From a virus, in IMG/VR virus record IMGVR_UViG_3300037258_000358, positions 3,840 to 67,839 of that record: a DNA stretch of 64,000 nt; one strand, 5' to 3'. Shown one piece after another: positions 19,155-29,052 of the stretch. The translations under genes were made by a program, and so were the position numbers. Position 1 is the first letter of the stretch, and each line of letters begins with the position of its first letter. The notes under the pieces are model-generated. The model was not told the origin of the DNA. It was given only the letters and a program-made list of their open reading frames with translations, and made no database searches.

Positions 19155-19227
19155 GGTAATACCAATATCGGCCGGTAATACGGAAACTGAGCGGGTAATA
19201 CCTTGCGCTGAGCGCCAATGGTAATAC
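19155..19227 (+). promoter_or_regulatory. Four GGTAATAC direct repeats overlapping a promoter (TTGCGC-16-TACGCT)
   Basis: Copies at 19155, 19174, 19194 and 19220, immediately upstream of an RHH-like gene. Confidence 0.65.
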
Positions 19228-19236
19228 GCTGCGCGG

Positions 19237-19605
19237 ATGTCAAAGGTCGTCAAATCGTTCAAGGTCGATTCCGCCGCTTGGTCGGCGTTCGCTGAGGCTT
19301 GCCAGAAGCAGGGTCGGGCACCGTCCGCAGTTATCGCGGCCTTTGTGGAAAAGCGGCCAGTCGCGACGAAAGCGGCATCGGCGGATTCGGCGTCGCCGCC
19401 TGCGGCGTCGCCAGCACAGAAACCGGCCGCACCGCCCAAGCCAGCGGCAGCGCCAGGCCGGACGGTCACGGTCGCCCAGCCGACGCCTGCAGGATCCACA
19501 CGAGCGATGGCTCAGCCTCGCGCCAATCCACCGCGCACGGTCGACGCGGCGACGCTGGCCAGCATGCCGATGTGGCAACGCAAGATCTTCGGTCACGTCG
19601 ACTGA
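19237..19605 (+). CDS. RHH-like DNA-binding protein with Pro/Ala-rich tail
   Basis: KSFKVDSAAWSAFAEACQKQGRAPSAVIAAFV. Confidence 0.6.
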   Translation: MSKVVKSFKVDSAAWSAFAEACQKQGRAPSAVIAAFVEKRPVATKAASADSASPPAASPAQKPAAPPKPAAAPGRTVTVAQPTPAGSTRAMAQPRANPPRTVDAATLASMPMWQRKIFGHVD

Positions 19606-19665
19606 GACACAGACCGCGTGCAAACATAGTTGCATGACGCTCGACCCCGTGCGACGCTGATCGCC

Positions 19666-20265
19666 ATGGTTGACTCGACGCAATCCTGGCCCGCGCTACA
19701 CGTGCGCAAGGTCGCAGTCGGCGAGCTGACCGCATCCCCGGACAATGCCAGGCGGCATGACGAGTCGCAGCTGGCGCGGATCGCCGCGTCCATAGAGCGC
19801 TATGGGTTCACCGCCCCGATCCTGGCTGACGAGTCGGGCGTGGTGATCGCCGGCCATGCGCGCCTGGCGGCCGCGTTGCGCCTGGGACTGGACAGCGTTC
19901 CCGTCGCCTACGCCACAGGCTGGACCGACGAACAACGCCGGGCATACGCGCTGGCTGACAATCGCCTCGCCGAACTCAGCTCATGGGATGAGGCGACGCT
20001 CGCGACAGAGCTCGCAGCGCTGGCCTCGCTCGGCGAAGACCTCGCATCCATCGGCTTCGATGCGGAAGACCTCTCACGCCTCACGGGAGACGCCGGTAGC
20101 GAGGCTCAGTTTACTGAGATCGCTACCCACCCCATAGGCGACCGATTTTGGCTCTCCATCCGCGGCCCAATTTCCTTGCAGAGCCTCTTTCTGTCGGCGT
20201 TCAAGGCAGCCGCTGCGGGCAATCCGGACATTGAGATCGACATTGGGAGCGTTCAGCTTGAGTAG
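19666..20265 (+). CDS. ParB/Srx N-terminal domain protein
   Basis: NARRH..SQLARIAASIERYGFTAPIL...IAGHARL...YALADNRLAELSSWD. Confidence 0.88.
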   Translation: MVDSTQSWPALHVRKVAVGELTASPDNARRHDESQLARIAASIERYGFTAPILADESGVVIAGHARLAAALRLGLDSVPVAYATGWTDEQRRAYALADNRLAELSSWDEATLATELAALASLGEDLASIGFDAEDLSRLTGDAGSEAQFTEIATHPIGDRFWLSIRGPISLQSLFLSAFKAAAAGNPDIEIDIGSVQLE

Positions 20266-20437
20266 GTCCAGGGATGGCGCCGACCTCGATTCCAAGGAGG
20301 GGGCCGCCCTTCATGTGAACGGGGGAGGGGGTATGGTCCCAAAAATCGCGGTATTATGGCGCAAACGCCGGAAGCGGAATCCGGCCCTCCGCGCCATGTC
20401 TCCAGGGAACGATCCTAGGAGGCGCGCCGTGAGGGCG

Positions 20438-21373
20438 CTACTCGCGCCAGGGCTTTGTAAGCCAGCGGAAAAAGGCAAACGCGCCCTTCGACGCGCGCTC
20501 TATGGTCTTTGTGTAATTGTATTCCTCGCCGCCTGCCAGAATAAACGTTCGGTCGTATTCACTATAGACAGTGCAGAAACCAGTCACGTGGTTGTTGCTG
20601 AAAATATCGCTGAATCTCACATACCCATGGAACACAAAGTGCTTATTAGCGCCGCTCTTAAAGATGGCGTCCAGGAGCACGTCGGCCGGGAATTGTTGGG
20701 ACTGGTAGACGACCGATTTCTCGCCAGCCGGGATGACTACTCCATAGGGAAGTTCCATTCCATTCCCGGCGTTCGGATCGAGCGCGGCTGGAAGAAGCTC
20801 ATCCATGAGCGCGATTTGGTCCATTCTTTCGTGGATAAAGGCCGGTGTGCGGCCGACGTTGCGAAAGCGGAAATCGAGGCGGCTCAACTTCACCTGTCTG
20901 GAGGGCTTTTCGCCTTCGGTGATCTCCTCGATGGCTGGATCGACGATTTCCAGCGCGAGGAACGGCCGCTCCAATTCGGTCAACGCCCGTTCGGCAACCC
21001 GCACGGATCGGCTGATATGGCGCGTCTGAACCACCAAGATGATCCATTGCAGGAAAGCGGCGAGGGCCAAGGCCCCTGTCAGATAGAGAAGATACCACTG
21101 GGTCTTCGCTTCATCCTGGCCTGCCTTGGCTATATCGGCGGCTTCTTTCTTGCTCTCTGGGGTTTGGGTGAGCGTGACAAAGGCCGGTTGCTCTTTGGAG
21201 CCGCGCTCGTCGGCCTGGGCACGTTGGGCGCCCTTAGCGGGATTGGCGTGTGGACTCTGGTCGCTTGGTGCGGCTGAGAACGCGCAACAGACGCACGCGG
21301 CGAAAATCAGTCCGGCTCGTGCAACCGCACGGTGTTGATGCCGAGCGCCTTCATGGCCGCGAAGAGGAACCAT
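20438..21373 (-). CDS. IS passenger: hypothetical membrane protein (start uncertain)
   Basis: TM helix followed by AERALTELERPFL...FRNVGRTPA...GYVRFSDIF. Confidence 0.55.
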   Translation of the reverse strand: MVPLRGHEGARHQHRAVARAGLIFAACVCCAFSAAPSDQSPHANPAKGAQRAQADERGSKEQPAFVTLTQTPESKKEAADIAKAGQDEAKTQWYLLYLTGALALAAFLQWIILVVQTRHISRSVRVAERALTELERPFLALEIVDPAIEEITEGEKPSRQVKLSRLDFRFRNVGRTPAFIHERMDQIALMDELLPAALDPNAGNGMELPYGVVIPAGEKSVVYQSQQFPADVLLDAIFKSGANKHFVFHGYVRFSDIFSNNHVTGFCTVYSEYDRTFILAGGEEYNYTKTIERASKGAFAFFRWLTKPWRE

Positions 21374-21543
21374 GCGGGAAACGCTCCCCGGTTGATCTTT
21401 ATCTGAACTGACGCCTCCGTTTCCGGTAGGCCCATCTCAGTCAGGCGTCGAGCTAGCTCGGCATGTTTCACGCCAGCGTGGACCATCGACGCCTTCAGAT
21501 GGCGCTTGGCCGTTTCCGACCATTCCTCGCTCTTTGCAGACAC
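21307..21543 (-). CDS. DUF6471-like small HTH protein
   Basis: EWSETAKRHLKASM...LARRLTEMG..ETEASVQIKINRGAFPAWF; divergent from the transposase. Confidence 0.7.
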   Translation of the reverse strand: MSAKSEEWSETAKRHLKASMVHAGVKHAELARRLTEMGLPETEASVQIKINRGAFPAWFLFAAMKALGINTVRLHEPD

Positions 21544-21653
21544 GTTAGCTTTCCATTCTTCTGACCGAAATCAATCATATCTGTTTGTTTTTCCCTTGCA
21601 AGTGATCGCCTAAAATCATACACTTCTGATTGTAGAGCAATCAGATGTGATCG

Positions 21654-22649
21654 ATGCCCAAGCCAACCGGCCAGCATTTCCTCCTTTCCCGGCAAGCCAA
21701 GACGCTCTCTCTGGCGACGGTGTTCCGCATGTCGGACGAAGAAGCCGAAATGGCCTTCCGAAAGGTGCGCTGGGGCGAGACTGACGGCGAGCCGGTTTGC
21801 CCTGCCTGCGGGGGCTTAGATGCCTATGATTGCCGGCGCCCGAACGGCGCGCCCCGCTGGGAATGCCGCGAGTGCAAGAAGCACTTCAGCGTCACCTCGG
21901 GGACGCTGTTCGCGTCGCACAAGCTCCCGCTGCGATCCTACCTCGCGGCCATCGCGATCTTCTGTAATGAGGTGAAGGGCAAGTCGATGCTCGCCATGAG
22001 CCGCGACCTGGGCATGAGCTACAAGGCGGCGTTCGTGCTCTGCCACAAGATGCGCGAAGCCATGGCGGCCGAATTGAGCGGGCGCGTGGTCGGCGGCGAG
22101 GGCAAGGAAGCTGAGGTCGATGGCGGCTATTTTGGCGGCTACGTGAAGCCTGCCAATCGCGTCGAAGATCGCGTCGACCGCCGGCTATCCGAGAACCGGA
22201 CCGGCAAGCGCAAGGTCGTGGTGATCATTCGCGAGCGCGGCGGCGACAGCCTCCCGGCGGTGTTCAGGTCCGAAGCCGCCGCGACCAACTTCATCCGCTC
22301 GCACGTCAAGCCCGGAACGGTCGTCAACGCCGACGAAGCGGGCTCCTGGGATGCGCTCCACGCCAAGTATGAGATGAAGCGCATCAATCACGGCGAAGCC
22401 TACAGCCTCGACGGTGCCTGCACGAATTGGGCGGAAGAGTATTTCAGCCGGCTCCGTAGGGCTGAGGTTGGCCACCACCACCACATCTCCGGCGCGTATC
22501 TGCTTCGCTACGCCCAAGAGGCGGCGTGGCGCGAAGACAGCCGCCGGGTGGGCAATGGCGAACAGGTTCAGCGCGTCGCCCAGCTTGCCATGGCCAAGAA
22601 GCCCAGCGTCGATTTCTGCGGCTATTGGCAGAGGCACAAAGCAGCTTAA
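21654..22649 (+). CDS. IS1595-family DDE transposase
   Basis: Zn ribbon CPAC..CRECKKHFSVTSGTLF, EVDGGYFGG, NADE, TNWAEEYFSRLRR, YLLRYAQEAAWR. Confidence 0.95.
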   Translation: MPKPTGQHFLLSRQAKTLSLATVFRMSDEEAEMAFRKVRWGETDGEPVCPACGGLDAYDCRRPNGAPRWECRECKKHFSVTSGTLFASHKLPLRSYLAAIAIFCNEVKGKSMLAMSRDLGMSYKAAFVLCHKMREAMAAELSGRVVGGEGKEAEVDGGYFGGYVKPANRVEDRVDRRLSENRTGKRKVVVIIRERGGDSLPAVFRSEAAATNFIRSHVKPGTVVNADEAGSWDALHAKYEMKRINHGEAYSLDGACTNWAEEYFSRLRRAEVGHHHHISGAYLLRYAQEAAWREDSRRVGNGEQVQRVAQLAMAKKPSVDFCGYWQRHKAA

Positions 22650-23105
22650 GATTGGGTCGACGGGCGGGGCCCACCCCGCCACCGTCGATAGCAATGCGCC
22701 AGCATCGCGTGGATGAACTTACGCGAGTCGCGTCATGCCTCAAATCGTAATCGATCACCTGATCTTGGATGCGTCAGCCCCTGAGCGCGCGTCGCAACCC
22801 TTCCCGAACGGCGTCGAGCGCAACCGGTTTTGCGGCCTCAACGGCCTTTCGTTTCAGGTCGCCCCAACGTCCGAGTTGCCGCCCGCAGCCTTGGCAAGAG
22901 GCGATGGAGTCATCGGTTTTGCCATTGGAGAGGACGAGTTTGGTCGGCCCGCGAGTTGGGCATTGGAATTTGACGCTGATATTTCCAAGCGGAATGTTGT
23001 TCATGTCTCGGCTCCAAATGGGGCCGACGACGCTTGACCAAGAGACTGGAATCGCAAGATTCTCAGGCTCTTCTTGGCGGTCGCCGTGTCGTCGGCGATT
23101 GAATA

Positions 23106-23144
23106 AACCCTCCGGCGCGTCCAACGCCGGAGGGTTCTCTTTTC
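23106..23144 (+). terminator. Intrinsic terminator-like hairpin
   Basis: AACCCTCCGGCG-7-CGCCGGAGGGTT followed by CTCTTTTC. Confidence 0.6.
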
Positions 23145-23316
23145 GGACGATTCCATTTTCGGCGCCTAGCCTGCGGTTAAACGCAGGCGGCTCGCGCTTG
23201 AGCGGCCCTCACTGTTCAGCCTAAACTGCCTGCGGGATGGCCTCATCGGCCCTCCTGGGGCGTTGGAACCCCTCACAAGGCGGCCCGAGTGCGGCCGTCA
23301 ACAGCACTCCTCGACC

Positions 23317-23410
23317 ATGCGGTCGGGGAGGCGTCAGTGTATGTCCAGGGCGCAAGCCTAAAGACTGGCGCGGCTCTCCTTGTGAGGCTTCCAAACTCCC
23401 CGGCTCCGGG
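23317..23410 (+). ncRNA. C4-like antisense RNA with upstream target site
   Basis: Outer stem GGTCGGGGAG/CTCCCCGGCT, inner stem GCGTCAGT/ACTGGCGC with a GCAA loop; CCTTGTGAGG and TTCCAA are complementary to upstream TTGGAA..CCTCACAAGG (23263-23280). Confidence 0.55.
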
Positions 23411-23423
23411 ACGGGGAGTGGAA

Positions 23424-23777
23424 ATGCAGTGTCCCTACTGCCTCGAACAGATCATCGACGGCGCCAAGCTTTGTCGGTTCTGCGGGAAGACGCAGGTAGC
23501 CGAGAAGGCTAGGCGTCACAACCGCTTGGGCGTCGTGCTGCTCTCATCTATCGGCGTAATCGTGGTCATGCTCGTGTCCATGATCGTGCTGGAATCGGTG
23601 TTTGGGCCGCAGAGCCTCAAAGATGAGGCCAATATCGAAAAGGCGAATTGCATCGCCAACAAAGGCGACGGTTACTGGACAGGTTCGTCGGGGATGACAC
23701 TGGCTAGGTTTTGTGAGGCCTCCGCCGCTCTGAAGGTGCTCGAACAGGACCGGAAAGATCACCCCGAGCGCTACTAG
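23424..23777 (+). CDS. IS passenger: zinc-ribbon membrane protein
   Basis: CPYC...CRFCG followed by a TM helix. Confidence 0.7.
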   Translation: MQCPYCLEQIIDGAKLCRFCGKTQVAEKARRHNRLGVVLLSSIGVIVVMLVSMIVLESVFGPQSLKDEANIEKANCIANKGDGYWTGSSGMTLARFCEASAALKVLEQDRKDHPERY

Positions 23778-23780
23778 CCC

Positions 23781-24203
23781 TTAAGGCTCGACAGCCCACC
23801 TCTTCGGCGATCCCTCCAACCGCACTATCCCCATGCCGATCCGCCGCTCTAGCGTCAGGTGCAGCGCGCATTCTATGGAGTTGGTCCCGAGGTAGCCTTT
23901 GACGCCTTTGGCGGCGGCGATCTTGTTGGCGATCTCCCGCGTGGTCATGGGCCGCTTGGCCTGGCGCAGGATGTCGAGCGCCATACGCGCCCAGGTTCCG
24001 GTGTTCTCGCCCCGGTGATTGGTCCATGGCCGGATAGGCTTGATGGCCAACACGTTCTCGTCAGGCTTGAAAATCAGGAGCGCTGCGGCAAGGTGAGTCG
24101 CATCCGCCGTCAGCCGGATCGGGTCGCCTTCATGGACTAGCAGCATCCCGATTGTGCGGGCATACTTCTTGCGAAGGGCGACGACGACATGAGACTCGGC
24201 CAT
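23781..24203 (-). CDS. IS passenger: winged-helix hypothetical protein
   Basis: HVVVALRKKYA..., ALDILRQAKRPMTTREIA. Confidence 0.65.
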   Translation of the reverse strand: MAESHVVVALRKKYARTIGMLLVHEGDPIRLTADATHLAAALLIFKPDENVLAIKPIRPWTNHRGENTGTWARMALDILRQAKRPMTTREIANKIAAAKGVKGYLGTNSIECALHLTLERRIGMGIVRLEGSPKRWAVEP

Positions 24204-24612
24204 GACCGGAAATGTGGTGCTAGATCAGGCCGTTGTCTTCCGGCGTTTGCGCCATAATACCGAAAAATCGCGGAAGGGCGCGCGGCGTCGGGGATGATGT
24301 CCGTGTCCTGGGATTTGGAAGCGGGGCGGCCGGATGGTGCGGCAGTGATCAAGGTTCTGGACGAGGATGGGGTGATACACATGGCGCGAGTGGTGACCGA
24401 CCGGGCCGAGATCGAGGCGATACTGAAGGGCCTGGGCGTACGAGCGAGCGGGAGACCTCCAAGTCGGTCGAGAAAGTCGACACGGGGCGCGGCGTCCTGA
24501 TTCTCCCGCTCCCGGCCCTCCCTGCCTTGGGGGAAGAGATCGAGCGCATGCAGCGGAAGATTGCGGACGCGATGTTCATTCCGGCCCAGTTGCTGTCGCG
24601 GGGGCCGTATAG

Positions 24613-26670
24613 ATGAGCCGCCCTCCACAAGGGGCGCGGATCGAGTTTCGCTGGCGTCGCCGGCCGACCGCGGCCTGGCACGCGGGCTACGTCAACCACG
24701 TGGGCGACGAGAAGATCCGGATCGGGTATTGGCCGGATGATCCCTTGGGCGGTCCGACAGTGGCCATGGGCGACATCGAATGGCGGGAAATGCCAGGATG
24801 ACCAAGTTCACCTCGACGGCAGTCGAGCGCGACCAAGTGCGGGCGGAGATGATCGCCATGGGGTTCATTGTGCCAGAGGGTTGGCTGGCTGACGCAGTCC
24901 TTGAGTCGATCGTGCGCCATCGCAAGGGGGAGAGCCTGATCGCCGTCCGAGCCCGGTGTGGCGCCGGCGTCGCGCGGATGACCGACATTATCGCCAGCAC
25001 TTTCCGGGAGCGCGCATGACCGCCTACATGACGTCGCCCGGCGCACGGGCGCCAGACGCGCCGATCGCCTTCGTCGATGAGTTGGGCCCCAGCGCTCCGC
25101 AGTGGCTTCACGACGCCGTCCTGGACGCTTCCTACCGGGTCACGGAAGGCGCGTTCTACCGCACCCAGCCATGGCCATTCGACGTGCGCCGGGTTTTCCA
25201 GCGGATGGCCTTCGAGGCGCGGCAATTGGGAGCGGGCGAATGATCCATCCCATGGACCTCGTCCGCTGCGTCGACGCCGGGCAGTATGACGCGCGGCCCG
25301 TGTTCCTGCGGGAAGGGCGAGTCTATCGGGTGAAGGAGCTGTGGCCGGCGGAATTCCAGCACGGCGATTGCGTCCGTTGCCACACCCGCCATCCGGGCGT
25401 CGAGGTATTCGGCCAGCGGGATGTCGCGATCTGCTATTGCCCGGGGCGGTTTGCCGAGGTTGACGACAGCGCTGTCGACCACAGGCGCACCGAGGAAATC
25501 ATCCGGCGCCTCGAAGAGACGCCCGTCCGGGAGGGGTATGTCGATGGAGCATTCAGACCCGGCCTGGTGGCTGATCGCCATGGGCATGAGCGGCTTCGCC
25601 TTCGTCGGCTACCTGGCCATCGGCGCGGCCGTGGCGTGGCTGTGGAGGGCGCTGAAGCACCGGACGGGGACATCCTGAGATGACCTTCGACGCGGACCGC
25701 GGGGCCCGTTATCCCTACCTCGAGACCCTGGCCATCAACTTCGTCCACGCCATCAAGGCGCGCCTGGGCGATGAGGCCGGGAATGCGCCCGTCGCCAGGG
25801 ACCTTGCCCTTCATCTGGTCGCGGCGGCCCTACAGGACCAGTTCGGCTGGCATCGCGAGGAAGTGACCAAGGCCCTGGCCAAGATCCTCGGCATGGCCCT
25901 GCTGGAGTCGGACGAAGCAGACCTGAAGGTCCGTCTCGACGACATCGCCGACTGGATCCGCCAGGGTTGGGCCGAAGCGCGCCAGATGGCGGAATTGGCG
26001 AAGAAGGAGTCGAGCTGATGGCGACGGCGATGCGCCCATGCACAACCTGCAAATGGCACGCGCCGCGGGCGATGGCGTCGGACTGCATCGCGCCGCAGAA
26101 TATCGACCATCGGTGGATGGCCTATCGGGCCCGGTCGCAGGGCGCCGCAGGCTTGGCCCCGGACGATCAGGTGTCATTCCGATATACGGTGACCAATCTG
26201 CGCGGATCGGGCTGGATCGAGGCCAGAGTGGACAACCGCTGCGGCCGGGAGGGCCGGTGGTGGGAACCGGCGGAAGGACAGGAAACATGATCGACACTGC
26301 GCCGTCATGCCCCGAAATCACCAAGCCGCCCTTCTGCACGAACGCCACGGCGCCGGTGCTATCCCCGTGTACCGAAATCACCTTCATCCATGGGCAGATC
26401 GAGTGCCGGCTACCGGGTCCAGATTCTCCAATCGAGATCGACAGCACTGCGCCTCCCGGCGCGATCGTCCTCGACAGACCTCCATGCGGGACGCCGGACG
26501 TGGCCGCTGGCCAAGCCAGCACACCATGGCGCGTAAAGGCCAGGTTCGTCTATCGCCGTGCCGCGAACAACCTCATCGGCGAGCCATGCGACCCGAAGGC
26601 TAACCCGCCTCTGGGCCTGATTTGCCACGACACGCTGTACGACAATCCGCCCCCAGGGTTTGGATGGTGA
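24613..26670 (+). other. Run of small coupled hypothetical genes (24613-24801, 24798-25019, 25016-25243, 25240-25683, 25680-26018, 26018-26290, 26287-26670)
   Basis: Consecutive ATGA/TGATG stop-start overlaps. Confidence 0.6.
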
Positions 26671-27578
26671 TGAAGATCTATGCCTCCGTTGCGGGCGGCC
26701 TGGGGGATTTTATCCTGCAGATACTGGGCGGGAGCGACATCCCCTATTTCCGCGACCTGAAACAGCGTCATCCCGAGGCCGACACCTGCGTCCATGCCTG
26801 GTACGTCACCGATTCCTCGCGGGACCTGCTGATCGCCAATCCGGACATCGACCAGGTCGTGCTCAACGATTTCGATCGCCTTTGGGAAAGCCGCGGCGTC
26901 GAGATCGCCCAGGACGCGGGCTATCGCCGCTTCACGGACGAGGAACGCTGCATCCTGACCCGCGCCACGCCGACCTGGACGCTCAACCAGCTCGAGCGTG
27001 AATATGCGACCAATGTCCTGGCCGGCCCTCCCTTCGTCGCCTTCCACCCGTTCGCCGGGACGCTGGACAGGGATTTCCGGGCCAATGGGGTCGAACCGGA
27101 GGCGGCCGCGGCGGCGATGTGCGAGGCCGGGGTCCGCGTGGTCCTGTTAGGCGGCAATTCGAAGCGCCAGACGCACGACGGCCACGAAGATCTGGCCGAC
27201 GCCTTCGACTATGCCCACGAAAACCTCGTCGACATGCGCGACCAGCCGCAGGTCACCTGCCGCCTGCACGCGTTCCTCGTCTCCAGGGCCCGCGCCTTCA
27301 TCGGCACGACCAGCGCCTACAATTGCGCCGCCGAGATGTACGCGGTGCCGACCCTGGCCTTCACTGCCGATTTCATCCGCCGCCACGTCGAGCGCGACAT
27401 GGGCGGCATCTTCTGGATGATGCGGGAACGCGGGACGCGAGTGGAGTATTTCGATCATCTGCCGGCCGATCCCTGCGGCCTGATCGCTGAATTCGCAAAG
27501 GACCACTGTTCGATGGCCCTTGGCAACGTCATGAATTTCAGCGGCCACACCATCCCGATCCTCGGAGCAGAGTCATGA
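26670..27578 (+). CDS. GT9 (heptosyltransferase)-like glycosyltransferase
   Basis: GGLGD, NPDIDQV, FVAFHPFAG, VVLLGG, ARAFIGTTSA...VPTL. Confidence 0.7.
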   Translation: MKIYASVAGGLGDFILQILGGSDIPYFRDLKQRHPEADTCVHAWYVTDSSRDLLIANPDIDQVVLNDFDRLWESRGVEIAQDAGYRRFTDEERCILTRATPTWTLNQLEREYATNVLAGPPFVAFHPFAGTLDRDFRANGVEPEAAAAAMCEAGVRVVLLGGNSKRQTHDGHEDLADAFDYAHENLVDMRDQPQVTCRLHAFLVSRARAFIGTTSAYNCAAEMYAVPTLAFTADFIRRHVERDMGGIFWMMRERGTRVEYFDHLPADPCGLIAEFAKDHCSMALGNVMNFSGHTIPILGAES

Positions 27579-27961
27579 GCGTGCGCAGCGGCCCATGGAA
27601 GCTCTGGGAGCGCGATCAGCTTCGCGAGCTGGCGGCCGATGGCCATCCCGATACGGCCATAGCCCAGTCCATGAACCGCCCGCGCAGCGAAGTCCGCAAC
27701 ATGGCCCGGGCCCTGAACATCAAGGTCCATGCGGTCGGAATCGCGCAGAGGGCGCCCCCGAAGCAGACAGTCAGACAGAACGCCGACCCGGCGCCTCGCG
27801 GCCCCGCGTCGCTCGACCATGAGCGCTCCTTGCACGACCAGCACAGGCGACGGGACGAAGCCTACGTCGCGATGCTCCTGGCGGACGGTGGATTCTGCTA
27901 TGCCGAGATCCGGGACGGCCTGCGCGTCCACGTGTGGCCTGGCGGGAGAGTGACGGCGTGA
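27575..27961 (+). CDS. Protein with GcrA/Myb-like N-terminal HTH
   Basis: WKLWERDQLRELAADGHPDTAIAQSMNRPRSEVRNMARALNI. Confidence 0.5.
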   Translation: MSVRSGPWKLWERDQLRELAADGHPDTAIAQSMNRPRSEVRNMARALNIKVHAVGIAQRAPPKQTVRQNADPAPRGPASLDHERSLHDQHRRRDEAYVAMLLADGGFCYAEIRDGLRVHVWPGGRVTA

Positions 27962-27977
27962 CGGTGGAGGCGGTGAC

Positions 27978-28331
27978 ATGCGTGCTTCGAAGGAGCTTGT
28001 CGTCCACGGGTCGGGACTGCGGGCCAGCGCACGCAAGAGCGAGCGCCGCGCTGGCGGCTATGTGCCGTCATCAGAGCAATTGGAGATCGCCGAGGGCGCG
28101 CTCACCGTCCACAGCGACGAGATTGAGCGCCTGCGCGTTCTCGTGGCTCAGGCCGAAGAGCAGATGGTCGCCAGCGCCGAGGCTTGGCTCGAGGCTCAGG
28201 CTCAGCACTTCAAGGCCAAGCGCGCCCTCGAACGCATGATCGTGAACGCGCGGCGCACATTGTCGAAGCCAACCACGACTACGGGGTTGATGATGGGCGA
28301 CCCAGCGCCGGGACGGACGCCATGGGCGTGA
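27978..28331 (+). CDS. Hypothetical coiled-coil protein
   Basis: 117-aa ORF ending MGDPAPGRT. Confidence 0.5.
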   Translation: MRASKELVVHGSGLRASARKSERRAGGYVPSSEQLEIAEGALTVHSDEIERLRVLVAQAEEQMVASAEAWLEAQAQHFKAKRALERMIVNARRTLSKPTTTTGLMMGDPAPGRTPWA

Positions 28332-28410
28332 GCGGTCCCGGGATGACCAGGGCCGCGATCATCGTCCTGGCGATCGTCGCTGTAGCCTTCATGGTCCTGG
28401 CGGGACGAGC

Positions 28411-29052
28411 GTGACGCCCAGGCGCGACCCGACGCGCCGGTTCTTCGTCAAGAAAAAGAGCCGCATCGATAACGCCGCGCCCATGCTCCGGGCCAAGATC
28501 GGCGTGCGCAAGGCCGTGCTCGAGAACCTCGGCGCCGAGGCGCATGTGTTCGATGCCTTCGCGGGATCTGGCGAACTCTGGGCCGACGTATGGAGGGACG
28601 CGAAATCCTACGTCGGCTGCGACGTCAGGTTTTTCGCCGATGAGCGGGAATGCTTCGTCGCCGACAATCGCCGGATCCTCCGGGCTGTCGACCTGGGGCG
28701 GTTCACCATCTTCGACTTCGATGCCTACGGGTCGCCTTGGGAACAGGTGATCATCCTCTGTGCACGCCGGCGGCTGGCGCCTGGCGAGCGGCTGGGCGTC
28801 ATCCTGACGGAGGGCTCGATCCTGAAACTGAAGATGGGGACGCTTCCCCATGCCCTGCGACTGATCGCCGGGATCCGCGGCAACCCGGCCGGCCTCGCCC
28901 GCGGCGATGGCGTTCTGGACGCGGCCGTCGCCGGGATGGCCCGACGATTGAATGCCGTCATCGTGAGGCAGTGGCGAGCCTGGGGCGCCAGCGGCGCCCG
29001 TATGCGCTACGTCGGCCTCGTACTCGAGGGAAAGACCTCAGGCGACGTCTAG
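28411..29052 (+). CDS. SAM-dependent methyltransferase-like protein
   Basis: VFDAFAGSG SAM-binding motif; FDFDAYGSPWEQ. Confidence 0.65.
   Translation: MTPRRDPTRRFFVKKKSRIDNAAPMLRAKIGVRKAVLENLGAEAHVFDAFAGSGELWADVWRDAKSYVGCDVRFFADERECFVADNRRILRAVDLGRFTIFDFDAYGSPWEQVIILCARRRLAPGERLGVILTEGSILKLKMGTLPHALRLIAGIRGNPAGLARGDGVLDAAVAGMARRLNAVIVRQWRAWGASGARMRYVGLVLEGKTSGDV

Larger units (their letters stand above)
20349..24262. mobile_element. IS1595-family element with passenger genes (3914 bp)
   Basis: Perfect 26-bp terminal inverted repeats CGGTATTATGGCGCAAACGCCGGAAG (20349-20374; 24237-24262); 8-bp target duplication AAAAATCG (20341-20348; 24263-24270); internal transposase. Confidence 0.93.

Noticed and set aside
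19155-19227. Short repeats as a CRISPR array
   Set aside because: 8-bp repeats with 11-18 bp gaps and no cas genes; operator-like instead.
20231-21277. 348-aa plus-strand ORF opposite the IS passenger
   Set aside because: It crosses the IS end and has no motifs; it reads as an antisense shadow, unlike the motif-rich nuclease at 48078-48875.
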